From IMG/VR virus record IMGVR_UViG_2778261035_000011: a stretch of DNA of 36,023 nt; one strand, written 5' to 3'. Below, one piece after another: positions 1 through 9,182 of this stretch. The DNA is from a virus (lineage: Duplodnaviria > Heunggongvirae > Uroviricota > Caudoviricetes). The translations under genes and the position numbers were made by a program. The notes under the pieces are model-generated. The model was given only the letters and a program-made list of their open reading frames with translations, made no database searches and was not told where the DNA came from. Every line of letters begins with the position of its first letter. Positions within the stretch are counted from its first letter, which is position 1.

Positions 1-447
1 TCAGTTTCGTTTACATTTATATGTCTTAAAAATATTCACATCATCTCGGATATAAAGATTTTTTCCTGATTTATCAACGATAAAATACTTTATAACCGCA
101 GGATTTCTAGTCAAAGCATAGAGATAATCAGTCCCTTTAATCTTTTCATCCTTGTCTTGTTCGTCAATTTGGCCTGTTTCTATCTGAGTGTATAGTTCAC
201 CTGTATCAAGGTCTGTCCATGACCCCATATCAACGCCCATATGCATACGAATACCGTGGCAGGTCCAAAAACCAGAGGCAGGGGCTTTATTTGCAACACT
301 CTTATCTGGATCTATCCCGGCGGACCTTAAGACTGCATCAGCAGCCACTTCAGGATCAAAATCTTTTTCTTGAGCGTGATTGACTGAGGAGGCGGTTAGT
401 ACGAATAGGCTGATGATGGTACTGATTAGCAATTTTGATTTTTTCAT
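1..447 (-). CDS. small secreted protein of unknown function (predicted signal peptide, two Cys); possible cargo/moron gene beyond mom
   Basis: ORF 1..477 minus ends with stop at 1-3. Internal ATG at 447 is preceded by a GGAG-like RBS and gives N-terminus MKKSKLLISTIISLFVLTASSVNHA followed by QEK, a typical Sec signal with AxA-like cleavage site. Region is visibly AT-rich compared with the rest of the window. No family recognised. Confidence 0.5.
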   Translation of the reverse strand: MKKSKLLISTIISLFVLTASSVNHAQEKDFDPEVAADAVLRSAGIDPDKSVANKAPASGFWTCHGIRMHMGVDMGSWTDLDTGELYTQIETGQIDEQDKDEKIKGTDYLYALTRNPAVIKYFIVDKSGKNLYIRDDVNIFKTYKCKRN

Positions 448-491
448 CTGATATGCTCCGTATGTGAGTAAATACATAAATTTATATGATA

Positions 492-1229
492 CTAATCAGA
501 ACTGCTTTTTGGGTATGGCTGAATCCTGAATAGATTAGTATTTAGTCGCTTCCTTGCTCGCTTGTTCAGGAACCTGATGTAGCGATACTGATTAAATTTG
601 TGCACCACGGCACGCTCTTTATTAGCCCGTAAATACACGCCTCGTTGTCCACCGCGCTTAATTGCGTTCATCGTTATCTCGTGATACCACTCACCATCCA
701 GCTCGTAGAACGTGCTTTCATGGCTGCCAATAAAATCAAAATTCGACGCCTGATACACAACGCCTGCGCGTCCGCAGCGTTCGTCAGCAAAGGACTGAAC
801 CCACTCCACTGACGGATACAGTAATCTGATAACTTTCAGCGCGTAGCTGATGGCCCGTGATTCAGAGTTGCGGGGCATGTCGTCGTGTAGCCACATGCGA
901 TTCAACTCCATATAGCCCCGGTTATCCGTTTCAAGCACGACACGACGACCTGAGTTGGGGTTAAGGGCATATCCCCACTGGAGAACGCCAACCAGATCGC
1001 GTCCGCTGAATACTCCTAGGTGGAGGTAAGAGTTATTCACAAAACGGCGGGAATAGTGCTTTGTCTGAATAATTGTGCGGGCCAGCCAGCAGGATATGGT
1101 TTCAACGCGCAGCTCCTTTGAACCATAGCCAACAATCTGGCCTTCATACTCAATAACGCACGGTTTCGTCAGAATGCGTGATTTTTTCTCTTTTCCCACA
1201 ATGTTTCTCCGTGGGATGCTCGCAGGCAT
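492..1229 (-). CDS. mom: Mom DNA-modification protein (adenine modification, anti-restriction)
   Basis: Position directly after com with 5' end overlapping the com 3' end, as in phage Mu; length about 235-245 aa. Exact start uncertain: ATG at 1229 or in-frame GTG at 1199. Confidence 0.85.
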   Translation of the reverse strand: MPASIPRRNIVGKEKKSRILTKPCVIEYEGQIVGYGSKELRVETISCWLARTIIQTKHYSRRFVNNSYLHLGVFSGRDLVGVLQWGYALNPNSGRRVVLETDNRGYMELNRMWLHDDMPRNSESRAISYALKVIRLLYPSVEWVQSFADERCGRAGVVYQASNFDFIGSHESTFYELDGEWYHEITMNAIKRGGQRGVYLRANKERAVVHKFNQYRYIRFLNKRARKRLNTNLFRIQPYPKSSSD

Positions 1230-1338
1230 TCAGCATTATGATGTGACGTTTGCAACGCGGACACCTGATTTCAATGTGATCAAAGGAATCCGCCTTAAAT
1301 AACAGTTTGTTGCAGTTTTTACAGCGAATTGATTTCAT
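1150..1338 (-). CDS. com: Com zinc-finger translational activator of mom
   Basis: 62 aa, [13 protein letters not shown]...CPRCKRH with four-Cys zinc finger; AAAGGAGG RBS upstream of ATG at 1338; 3' end overlaps mom 5' end. Confidence 0.9.
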   Translation of the reverse strand: MKSIRCKNCNKLLFKADSFDHIEIRCPRCKRHIIMLNACEHPTEKHCGKREKITHSDETVRY

Positions 1339-1412
1339 CTCACCTCCTTTGCATCAATTCGCCACTATCTTAAAAAACATCATGGGTTGAGTGTGGTTAT
1401 TGGGGCATAATC

Positions 1413-1447
1413 GATCTGTATTACCGATCGATTTAATTGATTCGATC
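1413..1447. promoter_or_regulatory. cluster of three GATC (Dam) sites in the mom operon upstream control region
   Basis: GATC at 1413-1416, 1426-1429 and 1444-1447, lying 75-110 bp upstream of the com start on the transcribed side and overlapping the gin stop codon. Matches the known Dam/OxyR-controlled region of Mu Pmom. Confidence 0.6.
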
Positions 1448-2014
1448 GTCGTTTTCTATATGCGCTCGTTTCGCGGGGTGTTTTTTATACAGAGTTGACA
1501 GGGCCACATCGTAGATCAATGCAACCTGCTTGCGGGGGATTCCTTGTGCTAATAAACGCCCGGCCTGCTCCCATTCCGCTTTGGTTAGTTTAGGTGGTCG
1601 CCCACCAATACGGCCTTTATTTCTGGCGGCAGCAAGTCCAGCCATCGTTCGCTCGATGATTAGTTCTCGTTCCATTTCAGCCAGGGCACCCATAACGTGG
1701 AAGAAAAAACGCCCCATTGGAGAAGATGTGTCTATGCTGTCGGTCAGACTGCGAAAATTAATCCCTCGCTCCCGTAGTTCCCCGACGAGAGAAATCAGAT
1801 GTTTCATGCTTCGCCCGAGGCGATCCAGTTTCCAGACAACCAGCGTGTCACCTTTTTGAAGGCGTTTTAAAGCGCGTTTTAATCCCGGTCGGTCTGTCTT
1901 TGTCCCGCTTAATTTATCTTCAAATATTTGTTCACATCCTGCACAAACAAGAGCGTTTCGTTGCAGGTCTGTATTCTGGTCATTTGTTGATACCCTTACA
2001 TAGCCAATCAGCAC
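1433..2014 (-). CDS. gin: Gin serine DNA invertase (resolvase/invertase family)
   Basis: 193 aa, N-terminus MLIGYVRVSTNDQNTDLQ with catalytic Ser motif typical of Hin/Gin/Cin invertases; C-terminal HTH; sits immediately outside gixR. Confidence 0.95.
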   Translation of the reverse strand: MLIGYVRVSTNDQNTDLQRNALVCAGCEQIFEDKLSGTKTDRPGLKRALKRLQKGDTLVVWKLDRLGRSMKHLISLVGELRERGINFRSLTDSIDTSSPMGRFFFHVMGALAEMERELIIERTMAGLAAARNKGRIGGRPPKLTKAEWEQAGRLLAQGIPRKQVALIYDVALSTLYKKHPAKRAHIENDDRIN

Positions 2015-2068
2015 TCTGGATCTCCCGTTTAAAAGCGCAAATCATGCCATGCAGGCCGGAAACAACCA

Positions 2069-2094
2069 TTATCTAAAACCTCGGTTTACAAGAA
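2069..2094. repeat. gixR recombination site (inverted-repeat boundary of G segment)
   Basis: TTATCTAAAACCTCGGTTTACAAGAA on plus strand; reverse complement of 4891-4916 matches at 23 of 26 positions (TTATCCAAAACGTCGGTTTACAGGAA). Confidence 0.7.
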
Positions 2095-2790
2095 CTCGGC
2101 ACAAGCGGGGAGAAAATACCGTTACTCAGTACAGCGAATACCTGGACTAATCGACAAACATTCAGCGGTGGCCTTTCTGGGGAACTGTCCGGCAATGCCG
2201 CTACTGCAACAAAGCTGAAAACAGCACGAAAAATTGCTGGAGTTGGTTTTGATGGTTCTAGCGATATTTCAATTAGTGCCAAAAATGTCAATGCATTTGC
2301 ACTCCGACAAACAGGTAATACTGTTAATGGTGATACATCCGTTGGATGGAATTGGGATAGTGGTGCATATAACGCCCTGATTGGCGGTGCATCTGCATTA
2401 ATTCTTCACTTTAATATAAATGCTGGTAGCTGCCCTGCCGTACAATTCCGTGTGAATTATAAAAATGGTGGCATTTCCTACAGGTCAGCTCGTGATGGTT
2501 ATGGGTTTGAATTAGGTTGGTCAGATTTCTATACCACGACACGAAAACCTTCAGCGGGAGATGTTGGTGCATATACGAAGGCAGAATGTAACTCAAGGTT
2601 TATTACAGGTATTCGCCTTGGCGGTCTGTCATCTGTTCAGACATGGAATGGTCCCGGCTGGTCTGACAGGTCAGGTTATGTCGTTACAGGTTCAGTTAAC
2701 GGAAACCGTGATGAATTAATTGATACAACTCAGGCAAGGCCAATTCAGTATTGCATTAATGGGACGTGGTATAACGCGGGGAGTATTTAA
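2082..2790 (+). CDS. S': alternative tail fiber variable part S'v (start-less, silent in this orientation; would fuse to constant Sc after G inversion)
   Basis: Open frame from the stop at 2074-2076 to 2790 with no credible start; begins NLGLQELG at gixR, matching NVGLQE at gixL inside S; ends INGTWYNAGSI, similar to the S C-terminus INGTWYNVAQV. Confidence 0.65.
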
Positions 2791-2792
2791 CG

Positions 2793-3326
2793 ATGATGCA
2801 CTTAAAAAACATTACTGCTGGCAACCCTAAAACAAAAGAGCAATACCAGCTAACAAAGCAATTTAACATCAAATGGCTTTATTCAGATGATGGAAAAAAC
2901 TGGTATGAGGAACAAAAGAATTTCCAGCCAGACACTTTGAAAATGGTCTATGACCATAACGGCGTTATTATTTGTATTGAAAATGATGTTTCAGCAATTA
3001 ATCCGGAAGGCGCAAGCGTCGTTGAATTACCTGATATTACAGCAAATCGCCGGGCTGATATTTCGGGGAAATGGATGTTCAAAGATGGCGTAGTGATAAA
3101 GCGAACTTATACCGAGGAAGAGCAGAGACAACAAGCGGAAAATGAAAAGCAAAGCCTGTTGCAACTTGTCAGGGATAAAACCCAGCTATGGGACTCACAG
3201 CTACGGCTGGGCATCATTTCCGACGAGAATAAGCAGAAATTAACCGAGTGGATGCTCTTTGCACAGAAAGTCGAATCTACAGACACCTCCAGCCTGCCAG
3301 TAACGTTTCCCGAACAACCAGAATGA
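2793..3326 (+). CDS. U': alternative tail fiber assembly protein U'
   Basis: 177 aa; N-terminus [22 protein letters not shown] closely parallels U ([22 protein letters not shown]); convergent with U inside the G segment. Confidence 0.8.
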   Translation: MMHLKNITAGNPKTKEQYQLTKQFNIKWLYSDDGKNWYEEQKNFQPDTLKMVYDHNGVIICIENDVSAINPEGASVVELPDITANRRADISGKWMFKDGVVIKRTYTEEEQRQQAENEKQSLLQLVRDKTQLWDSQLRLGIISDENKQKLTEWMLFAQKVESTDTSSLPVTFPEQPE

Positions 3327-3330
3327 GAGA

Positions 3331-3348
3331 AGGCCCGATATCGGGCCT
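3331..3348. terminator. bidirectional hairpin between convergent U' and U
   Basis: Perfect palindrome AGGCCCGATATCGGGCCT followed by TTAATTTTT on the plus strand; lies between the U' stop (3326) and the U stop (3355). Confidence 0.5.
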
Positions 3349-3354
3349 TAATTT

Positions 3355-3882
3355 TTACTCTGGTTTTTGTGGCCATTCTGGCTTTGCCGTATCCACGCGG
3401 CTGACCAGAACGCTGTAGCGTTCCCAGGCTTCCAGTCGTGTACGTTCCTCATCTGTTGCCATATTCAGCCTGACAGCACGTTCCAGAAGCTGGATTACTG
3501 ATTCAGCTTCTGAAAGTAACGCGGCCTTTTGTGATTCGGTCTGTTGTTGCTGTTCGTCTGCTGTATAAATCCGCTTAACCACAGTTCCGTCCTTAAACAC
3601 CCACTTCCCTGAATCATCGGCACGACGATTGGCTGTTATATCGGGAATCTCAACGACGCTAAAGCCTTCGGGATTAAGTGTTGAGGCATCTTTGGTTATG
3701 GCAACAATAATATTATTTTCGTCGTATACAATCTTTATGGTGTCGTCCTGAAAGTTATTTACTTCCTCATACCAGTTTTTACCGTCTTCGGACCATAACC
3801 AGATAACATCAAAATTTTTTGTTAGCTGATATTGTTCTTTTGTTTTTGGATTTCCGGACTTAATATTTTTTAAATGCTGCAT
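3355..3882 (-). CDS. U: tail fiber assembly protein U
   Basis: 175 aa; paralogue of U'; directly downstream of S. Confidence 0.85.
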   Translation of the reverse strand: MQHLKNIKSGNPKTKEQYQLTKNFDVIWLWSEDGKNWYEEVNNFQDDTIKIVYDENNIIVAITKDASTLNPEGFSVVEIPDITANRRADDSGKWVFKDGTVVKRIYTADEQQQQTESQKAALLSEAESVIQLLERAVRLNMATDEERTRLEAWERYSVLVSRVDTAKPEWPQKPE

Positions 3883-3885
3883 AAT

Positions 3886-5412
3886 TTACACCTGTGCGAC
3901 GTTATACCATGTGCCATTGATGTATTTTTGTATTGGTCTGAAGATGGCTTCATCATCGCCATCTACTTCACCAATGATTCTTAATCCGGTAATTGCGTGT
4001 CCGGCTTTTTCATAACGACCACCACGCGCCATCAATTGAACAACACGTGTGCCAAGTCGGACATCTCTCACATAGCGTGAGTCAAAATTGCCATAATTGC
4101 CGGGAATAATTTGCGCACCACAAAGCCAGTTACCGTTATTATCCATGTACGCCTGACCATCGGTGCCATTGGACGTCCTCGAATTATTAATCATGTAAAA
4201 ACCAAACTGGTAGTTACCAAGTCCACCGACAAAAAATTTGCGTTCTGCATGGTCTTGTCTTAACAAAGCCTGCGCAGAACTTGTTGATACTGCGTTTCTA
4301 CCAAAAATGACATTCTGGTTTCGCATATCAATCCATGAGGTTGAACCACTATTAATAGCAAACCTGTTTGCATACACCCAGGCGTTAGTTGTTATATCTC
4401 CTGTAACATCCAGACCATGCCCCATAATTATGCGACCAGTTCTGAGATTAAGCGTAAAGGGGCGTAGTGGCCCTATATCACCATTTTCCCCCTCATTCTC
4501 TCGTGTAGGGATGATATGCAGGCATTCTTCAGAACGACGAAAAATGGCACCAAAAGATGAATTAAATATCCTCAGTGCATTGACTGTAGATATTTTTACT
4601 TCACTGCTGAAAAGGGCTTTAACAAGAACATACAGAGCATCCCATTTAAGATTCATCAGGTCTTTTGTTGTGGTGCTCTGGCGACTTCTCCATTTGAAAT
4701 ATTCATTGCCGTTGTCACCTGTTTCAAACCACATATATGAATCAGTATCGCTGTCGGCATCATTTTTAAATCCAATTTTTGCCCAGTCAGTATTTCGAAT
4801 CCAGGCAAGGATTGAGTCGTTTTCAAAAGTAAGCCCGCCGGACAAAGTATCGCCATTTTTTTGCACGGCGTTCCCGGCTCGGTTTACCGTTTCCTGTAAA
4901 CCGACGTTTTGGATAAACAGCGGCTTATTGGGAATATCTGCTCCGTTCCGGTCTTTTGCCAGACGGGCATTGGCATTATCCATCGCAATTTTCACCGCTT
5001 TTGCGGTGGCTGCCAGCGTTTCACTGGGGCTGTCAGTGGCACTGGTTAGCTGAACGAGTCCTTTCTTGTTCAGGCTGGCATCATAAATATCCAGATTTTC
5101 ACGTGCTGTACGCTGTGCTGATGCCCCGGCAGTTTTAATTTCGCTGAGGTTATTTTTTATCAGCAGCGCATTCTTGTTCATGATGGCTTTAATGGACAGT
5201 GCAAGCTGGTTTAATTTTGTTTTATCCGGTTGAATACCGGCTTCTTCCAGCGTGTTTAATAACTCCGCCTGCACAATATTAAACCAGTCCATGCCGGGCC
5301 ATGTGATAACATTATTCCCGTCACCTTCTGAAAACCAGCGAACGATAGCACTACGCTGGGCGGATACGGGCGGCATGACGGTTACGCCGCTGTCGTTATC
5401 AATATAAAACAT
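3886..5412 (-). CDS. S: tail fiber protein S (constant N-terminal part outside G, variable C-terminal part inside G)
   Basis: 508 aa; gixL lies within the coding sequence at the ...PLFIQNVGLQETV segment; position after R in Mu synteny. Confidence 0.85.
   Translation of the reverse strand: MFYIDNDSGVTVMPPVSAQRSAIVRWFSEGDGNNVITWPGMDWFNIVQAELLNTLEEAGIQPDKTKLNQLALSIKAIMNKNALLIKNNLSEIKTAGASAQRTARENLDIYDASLNKKGLVQLTSATDSPSETLAATAKAVKIAMDNANARLAKDRNGADIPNKPLFIQNVGLQETVNRAGNAVQKNGDTLSGGLTFENDSILAWIRNTDWAKIGFKNDADSDTDSYMWFETGDNGNEYFKWRSRQSTTTKDLMNLKWDALYVLVKALFSSEVKISTVNALRIFNSSFGAIFRRSEECLHIIPTRENEGENGDIGPLRPFTLNLRTGRIIMGHGLDVTGDITTNAWVYANRFAINSGSTSWIDMRNQNVIFGRNAVSTSSAQALLRQDHAERKFFVGGLGNYQFGFYMINNSRTSNGTDGQAYMDNNGNWLCGAQIIPGNYGNFDSRYVRDVRLGTRVVQLMARGGRYEKAGHAITGLRIIGEVDGDDEAIFRPIQKYINGTWYNVAQV
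4891..4916. repeat. gixL recombination site inside S
   Basis: Plus strand TTCCTGTAAACCGACGTTTTGGATAA, inverted partner of 2069-2094. Confidence 0.7.
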
Positions 5413-5954
5413 TAGTTATCTCCGTCATGGTAAACAAATTTATAAATCTGATGCGCGGGTTTATATTTCTCCAGTAAACACTCCAGCGCACCCGATTCAT
5501 AAACACGTAACGGCGTCAGAACATTATCCAGCACCGTTGCGTTGCGATAATTTTTAATACCGTAAATATTGACCTGCGTAACCCACTGGCCTTCTGTGGA
5601 ATCCGTCAGCCTGACGGTAAAACCGTACTGCGCAGCCAGCCATTCATAAAAGCGCCGACTCAGATTGCCGGTCATACGCATTTTATTCGCGGCAGCCCGC
5701 TGGCGTTCGGACAGGGTGCCGTTTTCGCTGGTACAGTCCGGCAACCCCAGAAATGATTCCCACTCCCCCAGATACCAGCGGGATGTGGACGGGAAACGCT
5801 CCCGCAGCATTTGCCGCGCATCATCCGCCGCAGTGGCAATCACGTCGCTGATGGCCTGCGCCAGCGCAGATAATTTGCTGTCGGGGCTTTTATTCCAGGC
5901 AAGCCCTGACGGCAGTAATTGCAGAAAGGCCGTCTGATAGGGTGTTACAGCCAT
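5412..5954 (-). CDS. R: tail/baseplate protein R (Mu gp48-like)
   Basis: 180 aa; stop overlaps S start (ATGA-type coupling); position in Mu baseplate module. Confidence 0.7.
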   Translation of the reverse strand: MAVTPYQTAFLQLLPSGLAWNKSPDSKLSALAQAISDVIATAADDARQMLRERFPSTSRWYLGEWESFLGLPDCTSENGTLSERQRAAANKMRMTGNLSRRFYEWLAAQYGFTVRLTDSTEGQWVTQVNIYGIKNYRNATVLDNVLTPLRVYESGALECLLEKYKPAHQIYKFVYHDGDN

Positions 5955-7027
5955 TCAATTGTCCCCGGTGTTAACAGTTCCGTATTCTCCGAACGCTGGA
6001 TCTCTGTCGGGAAACGCACTTCAAAATCATCCAGACCGGTAACACCTGCCACCGCACGGATAATACGGGAGGGGGCAAGTGCGCCGCCCGGCGTCACCTC
6101 ATTAAAAAACATGGTATTAATGGCGTGGGTAATAGCCTGTTTTAGTTCGGCTGTCTTCGGTGATATATAAATCCGTGGATTTACCGGCTTTGCCTTTGGC
6201 GCAAATACAGTGACATTTACACCGTCAGGCTGTCCGACAATCAGACCGGTGATCGGGTCAGTATGACCGGCGATATAATCTGCCACGCGTTCCACGTCTG
6301 CCGGTTGTGGAAAAATATTGCTCCGGTTATCCATAACAAACGTCACCCCGACTGTGCCACCGCCTTTCCATGTCGGAAAACACCAGGCACGGGTAACGCC
6401 GCTGACTTCACGTGCCCAGCGGACGTAATCAAACTGATTACCGCCGAACGGAGGATACTGGACACGATATTCCAGCCGTGACAGCAGCTCCGCTGCACTC
6501 TCAATATCAGCCCCACCGGAAAACCCTTTTACAGTGATGGCATCGGAAACAACACAGGCAACCGGGGTGATCAACGTTAAAAGGGTATTCTCACCGGTAT
6601 TTCCTGCTTCACCGGCAGCCAGTGCGGTAACGGTAATTTCCGTCGTTCCTGCACGGTCAATCACAATGGCATCAGCCAGGCTGTAAACCACACCATCAGC
6701 ACGCTGCCAGCGTGTACCGGCAGGAATGGTGGTCGCTGCCGATGTGGTGACAGTCAGCGGACCGCTGGCGGCTGTCGCCTGTTTGCGGCGCACGCCCCAG
6801 AACCGACAGTGCTCCAGCAACTCATCTTCATCTGCTGTCGACGGGATAATCTGCCGTCCAACCCATGAAATATGCTCGTGACAACCGGCAGCAAGGCCTG
6901 CCTGAGCATAAGCAATGGCACTCAGCGTTTTTTCACGGGCCTGAGGCCAGCTACCCGGCAGGCGCTGTTCAATATTCTGTTCTGTACGGGCAATCAGCGA
7001 TGATAATGTCGGTGGTGAATAAGCCAT
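5945..7027 (-). CDS. W: baseplate J-like protein W (Mu gp47-like)
   Basis: 360 aa; position between V and R in Mu order. Confidence 0.75.
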   Translation of the reverse strand: MAYSPPTLSSLIARTEQNIEQRLPGSWPQAREKTLSAIAYAQAGLAAGCHEHISWVGRQIIPSTADEDELLEHCRFWGVRRKQATAASGPLTVTTSAATTIPAGTRWQRADGVVYSLADAIVIDRAGTTEITVTALAAGEAGNTGENTLLTLITPVACVVSDAITVKGFSGGADIESAAELLSRLEYRVQYPPFGGNQFDYVRWAREVSGVTRAWCFPTWKGGGTVGVTFVMDNRSNIFPQPADVERVADYIAGHTDPITGLIVGQPDGVNVTVFAPKAKPVNPRIYISPKTAELKQAITHAINTMFFNEVTPGGALAPSRIIRAVAGVTGLDDFEVRFPTEIQRSENTELLTPGTIEWL

Positions 7028-7465
7028 TTAAACCCCGTTAAATGCTGCTTTAAACTCATAAGGAATAACGGAACCATCCGGTAATGTCAGTGCAATGTAG
7101 AGGTATAACCAGCCCTGATGTAACTGTTCCGCTCTGACGTTAATCGCACTTACCCGGCCCGCTGTTTTCAGCCATTCCAGCGCCTCTTCGGCATATCCTC
7201 TGGCGCGTTCCAGCGTATCCGGCGTGGCTTTTTCACGTGATAACAGCCACAACCGCGAACCGATGGGGCGGTCGCGGTAACTGTCACCCCACCATCCACG
7301 GCGATCATCTGAACCATCCGGCAGCGTGTCAGAATCCAGCGCGCGCCGGTCGGTAAACAGGGAGATTGTCACATCGGTTGTCAGGCTGTCGTCGGTCAGC
7401 ATATCAATGCCATCCTGTGCAATATCGCCGCGTCCGTTCGTCCAGATAATGGCTAAATCGGTCAT
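7028..7465 (-). CDS. V: baseplate protein V (Mu gp46-like, gpW/gp25 lysozyme-like fold family)
   Basis: 145 aa; synteny. Confidence 0.7.
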   Translation of the reverse strand: MTDLAIIWTNGRGDIAQDGIDMLTDDSLTTDVTISLFTDRRALDSDTLPDGSDDRRGWWGDSYRDRPIGSRLWLLSREKATPDTLERARGYAEEALEWLKTAGRVSAINVRAEQLHQGWLYLYIALTLPDGSVIPYEFKAAFNGV

Positions 7466-8055
7466 TGCATTGGCCCCGTGGTTCCGCCGCTGTCGCCACG
7501 GTGGATATGCTTATCCGTCGATTTGCCATTGATGATGGCATCCGGGGCAGTAATATTGCTGTCGAACTGGCTTTTACCTTTAACGCCCAGACCTTTCTGG
7601 ATCTCAACGTCGCCGGTAAACGTGGTTCTGGGGGTGTCAACGGTCATACTTTCATCAGCGTAAACCTCAACCGTTTTACAGGTAATGATGCAGCGTCCGT
7701 CCTTTGTCAGCCGGATACGATGCCCCTCATGGTGGTAAATGCCTGCATCACCCGGTTCAAGATTTGTCGGGCGGTAGCGGCGGTCTTCCACCACAACAGC
7801 AATCCCCTGATCACGTTGTGCGCCCACACAGGCAATCAGCGCCTCTGCGCCAGGCAGAGGAACGCTGAAATGCCCGTAATTTTGCAGGCGCTCCACTTCA
7901 TCAGATTCCTCATCATCCAGCAGACCGACCTGCAGGTTCTGAACCTTTCGCCCGTCGTTAATCACGTTAACAACAGCGCGCGCAAGCATCAGGCGCACAC
8001 GACGCATCAGCGGCGTCAGCAGGCGGTTCAGGGCGGAATCATTTACTCTTTCCAC
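7462..8055 (-). CDS. Q: baseplate spike/assembly protein Q (Mu gp45-like)
   Basis: 197 aa; synteny between P and V. Confidence 0.7.
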   Translation of the reverse strand: MERVNDSALNRLLTPLMRRVRLMLARAVVNVINDGRKVQNLQVGLLDDEESDEVERLQNYGHFSVPLPGAEALIACVGAQRDQGIAVVVEDRRYRPTNLEPGDAGIYHHEGHRIRLTKDGRCIITCKTVEVYADESMTVDTPRTTFTGDVEIQKGLGVKGKSQFDSNITAPDAIINGKSTDKHIHRGDSGGTTGPMQ

Positions 8056-9182
8056 GGCGGCGTTTTCTCCGGGTGTCTGCGATAATAATCTTCAACCAGC
8101 GCATCAATACCGCCGTTACTGTCGCCGCCTTTCCTGTTTTTACGGTCGCTTTCAACCGGCACCAGAAAGCCTTCGCGTGGTGCAAGGCTGACGCGGGTTT
8201 TCAGCCCGTCCTGGTCATTCAGTATCAGGGTGACTTTGCTGACCAGTAATTCCGTGGTTTTGATGGCATATTTCGAGGCATCAATAGTGACCAGCAGGTT
8301 CGGCATCCAGAGTTGCCCGTCCTTGCGAGTCCATCCGTCAATTTCAGCCTCAAAGGTGATGGATTTTGCCAGTCTGCGGCGTTGCTCACGCAGGGCGCGG
8401 GCCTGTGCATCCTTCGCCGTAATTTTGCTGTCAGCAATGATGATCATCGGTCTGTAACGGGTTACATCACTGTCAGTGGCGGTCCCTTTCCGGGAGACGA
8501 TACTTTTCGCATCAATATCATCACCCTCAGCACCGTTTGCGCGGGCATACCCCTTGACGGTGTATTCGCTGAACCGGTCGCGGAAGTCTTCCTCAAAATC
8601 CAGTGTCAGCAGATTTTCTCCGAGAACCAGCTCATCAGTGGCTGTGCTGGCAGCCCGGCTGAATACCAGCTCTCCTGCGGCATTGCTGGTCATCAGTACA
8701 CCGCGTGCGCGGGAGGCACGCACCAGCGCCTCATAAACGGTTTCTGAATGGTCCAGCGTGAAGCCGGGAAAAGCTGCCGAACTTTCCTTATCGGAAAGCT
8801 CCCAGCGAACGGTAACGCCATAAGGGGCGCACAGGTCACGCGCAATCTGCTCCAGTGTGCGGTTTTTCCACTGTCCGCCACTGTAAACGGCAGCACAGTC
8901 AATCAGGTCAGCCGTTTTGTCACGTCCGGCGACAGTGATTTTCATGCTGTCAGCGGTCATCTGGCGTCGCCGCGAATCGATATAACCGGTGCAGACAATC
9001 TGCCCGTCGATTTCCAGCGTGAACGCCTTCCCCGGTGCCAGCCCGGATAAATCTGTACCCGGTGGCACATTCACCCCCAGCTCAAAATATCCGGCTACGG
9101 ATTCAATGGAGCGGGTGACAGAGACTGACGTCCAGCCGGTAAAAAGCCTGCCATCCGTTCGCAGCGTGACGGTATTACTCAT
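8043..9182 (-). CDS. P: tail protein P (Mu gp44-like, baseplate hub)
   Basis: 379 aa; follows N with short overlap. Confidence 0.75.
   Translation of the reverse strand: MSNTVTLRTDGRLFTGWTSVSVTRSIESVAGYFELGVNVPPGTDLSGLAPGKAFTLEIDGQIVCTGYIDSRRRQMTADSMKITVAGRDKTADLIDCAAVYSGGQWKNRTLEQIARDLCAPYGVTVRWELSDKESSAAFPGFTLDHSETVYEALVRASRARGVLMTSNAAGELVFSRAASTATDELVLGENLLTLDFEEDFRDRFSEYTVKGYARANGAEGDDIDAKSIVSRKGTATDSDVTRYRPMIIIADSKITAKDAQARALREQRRRLAKSITFEAEIDGWTRKDGQLWMPNLLVTIDASKYAIKTTELLVSKVTLILNDQDGLKTRVSLAPREGFLVPVESDRKNRKGGDSNGGIDALVEDYYRRHPEKTPPWKE

Larger units (their letters stand above)
2069..4916. other. invertible G segment (about 2.85 kb) bounded by inverted gix sites; current orientation expresses S-U
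   Basis: Inverted 26-bp gix-like repeats at 2069-2094 and 4891-4916; convergent tail-fiber and assembly gene pairs (S/U minus, S'v/U' plus) between them; gin adjacent. Confidence 0.75.

Noticed and set aside
1-491. Mu right-end terminal repeats (MuA binding sites) expected shortly after mom
   Set aside because: No CGAAA-type MuA-binding repeats or Mu terminal sequence recognisable in this stretch. The end must lie beyond the window start.
2073-2291. 72-aa minus-strand ORF and 2452 GTG start inside the S' variable region
   Set aside because: The plus-strand frame is open from 2077 and continuous with the gix crossover, consistent with a start-less S'v segment. The minus ORF is antisense noise and the GTG is an ORF-finder artefact.
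4238-5053. 271-aa plus-strand ORF inside the S gene, and similar long antisense ORFs (7465..8085, 13346..14155, 16839..17936, 20270..20851)
   Set aside because: They lie entirely antisense to long, well-supported minus-strand structural genes in GC-rich DNA and have no RBS or synteny support. Treated as shadow ORFs.
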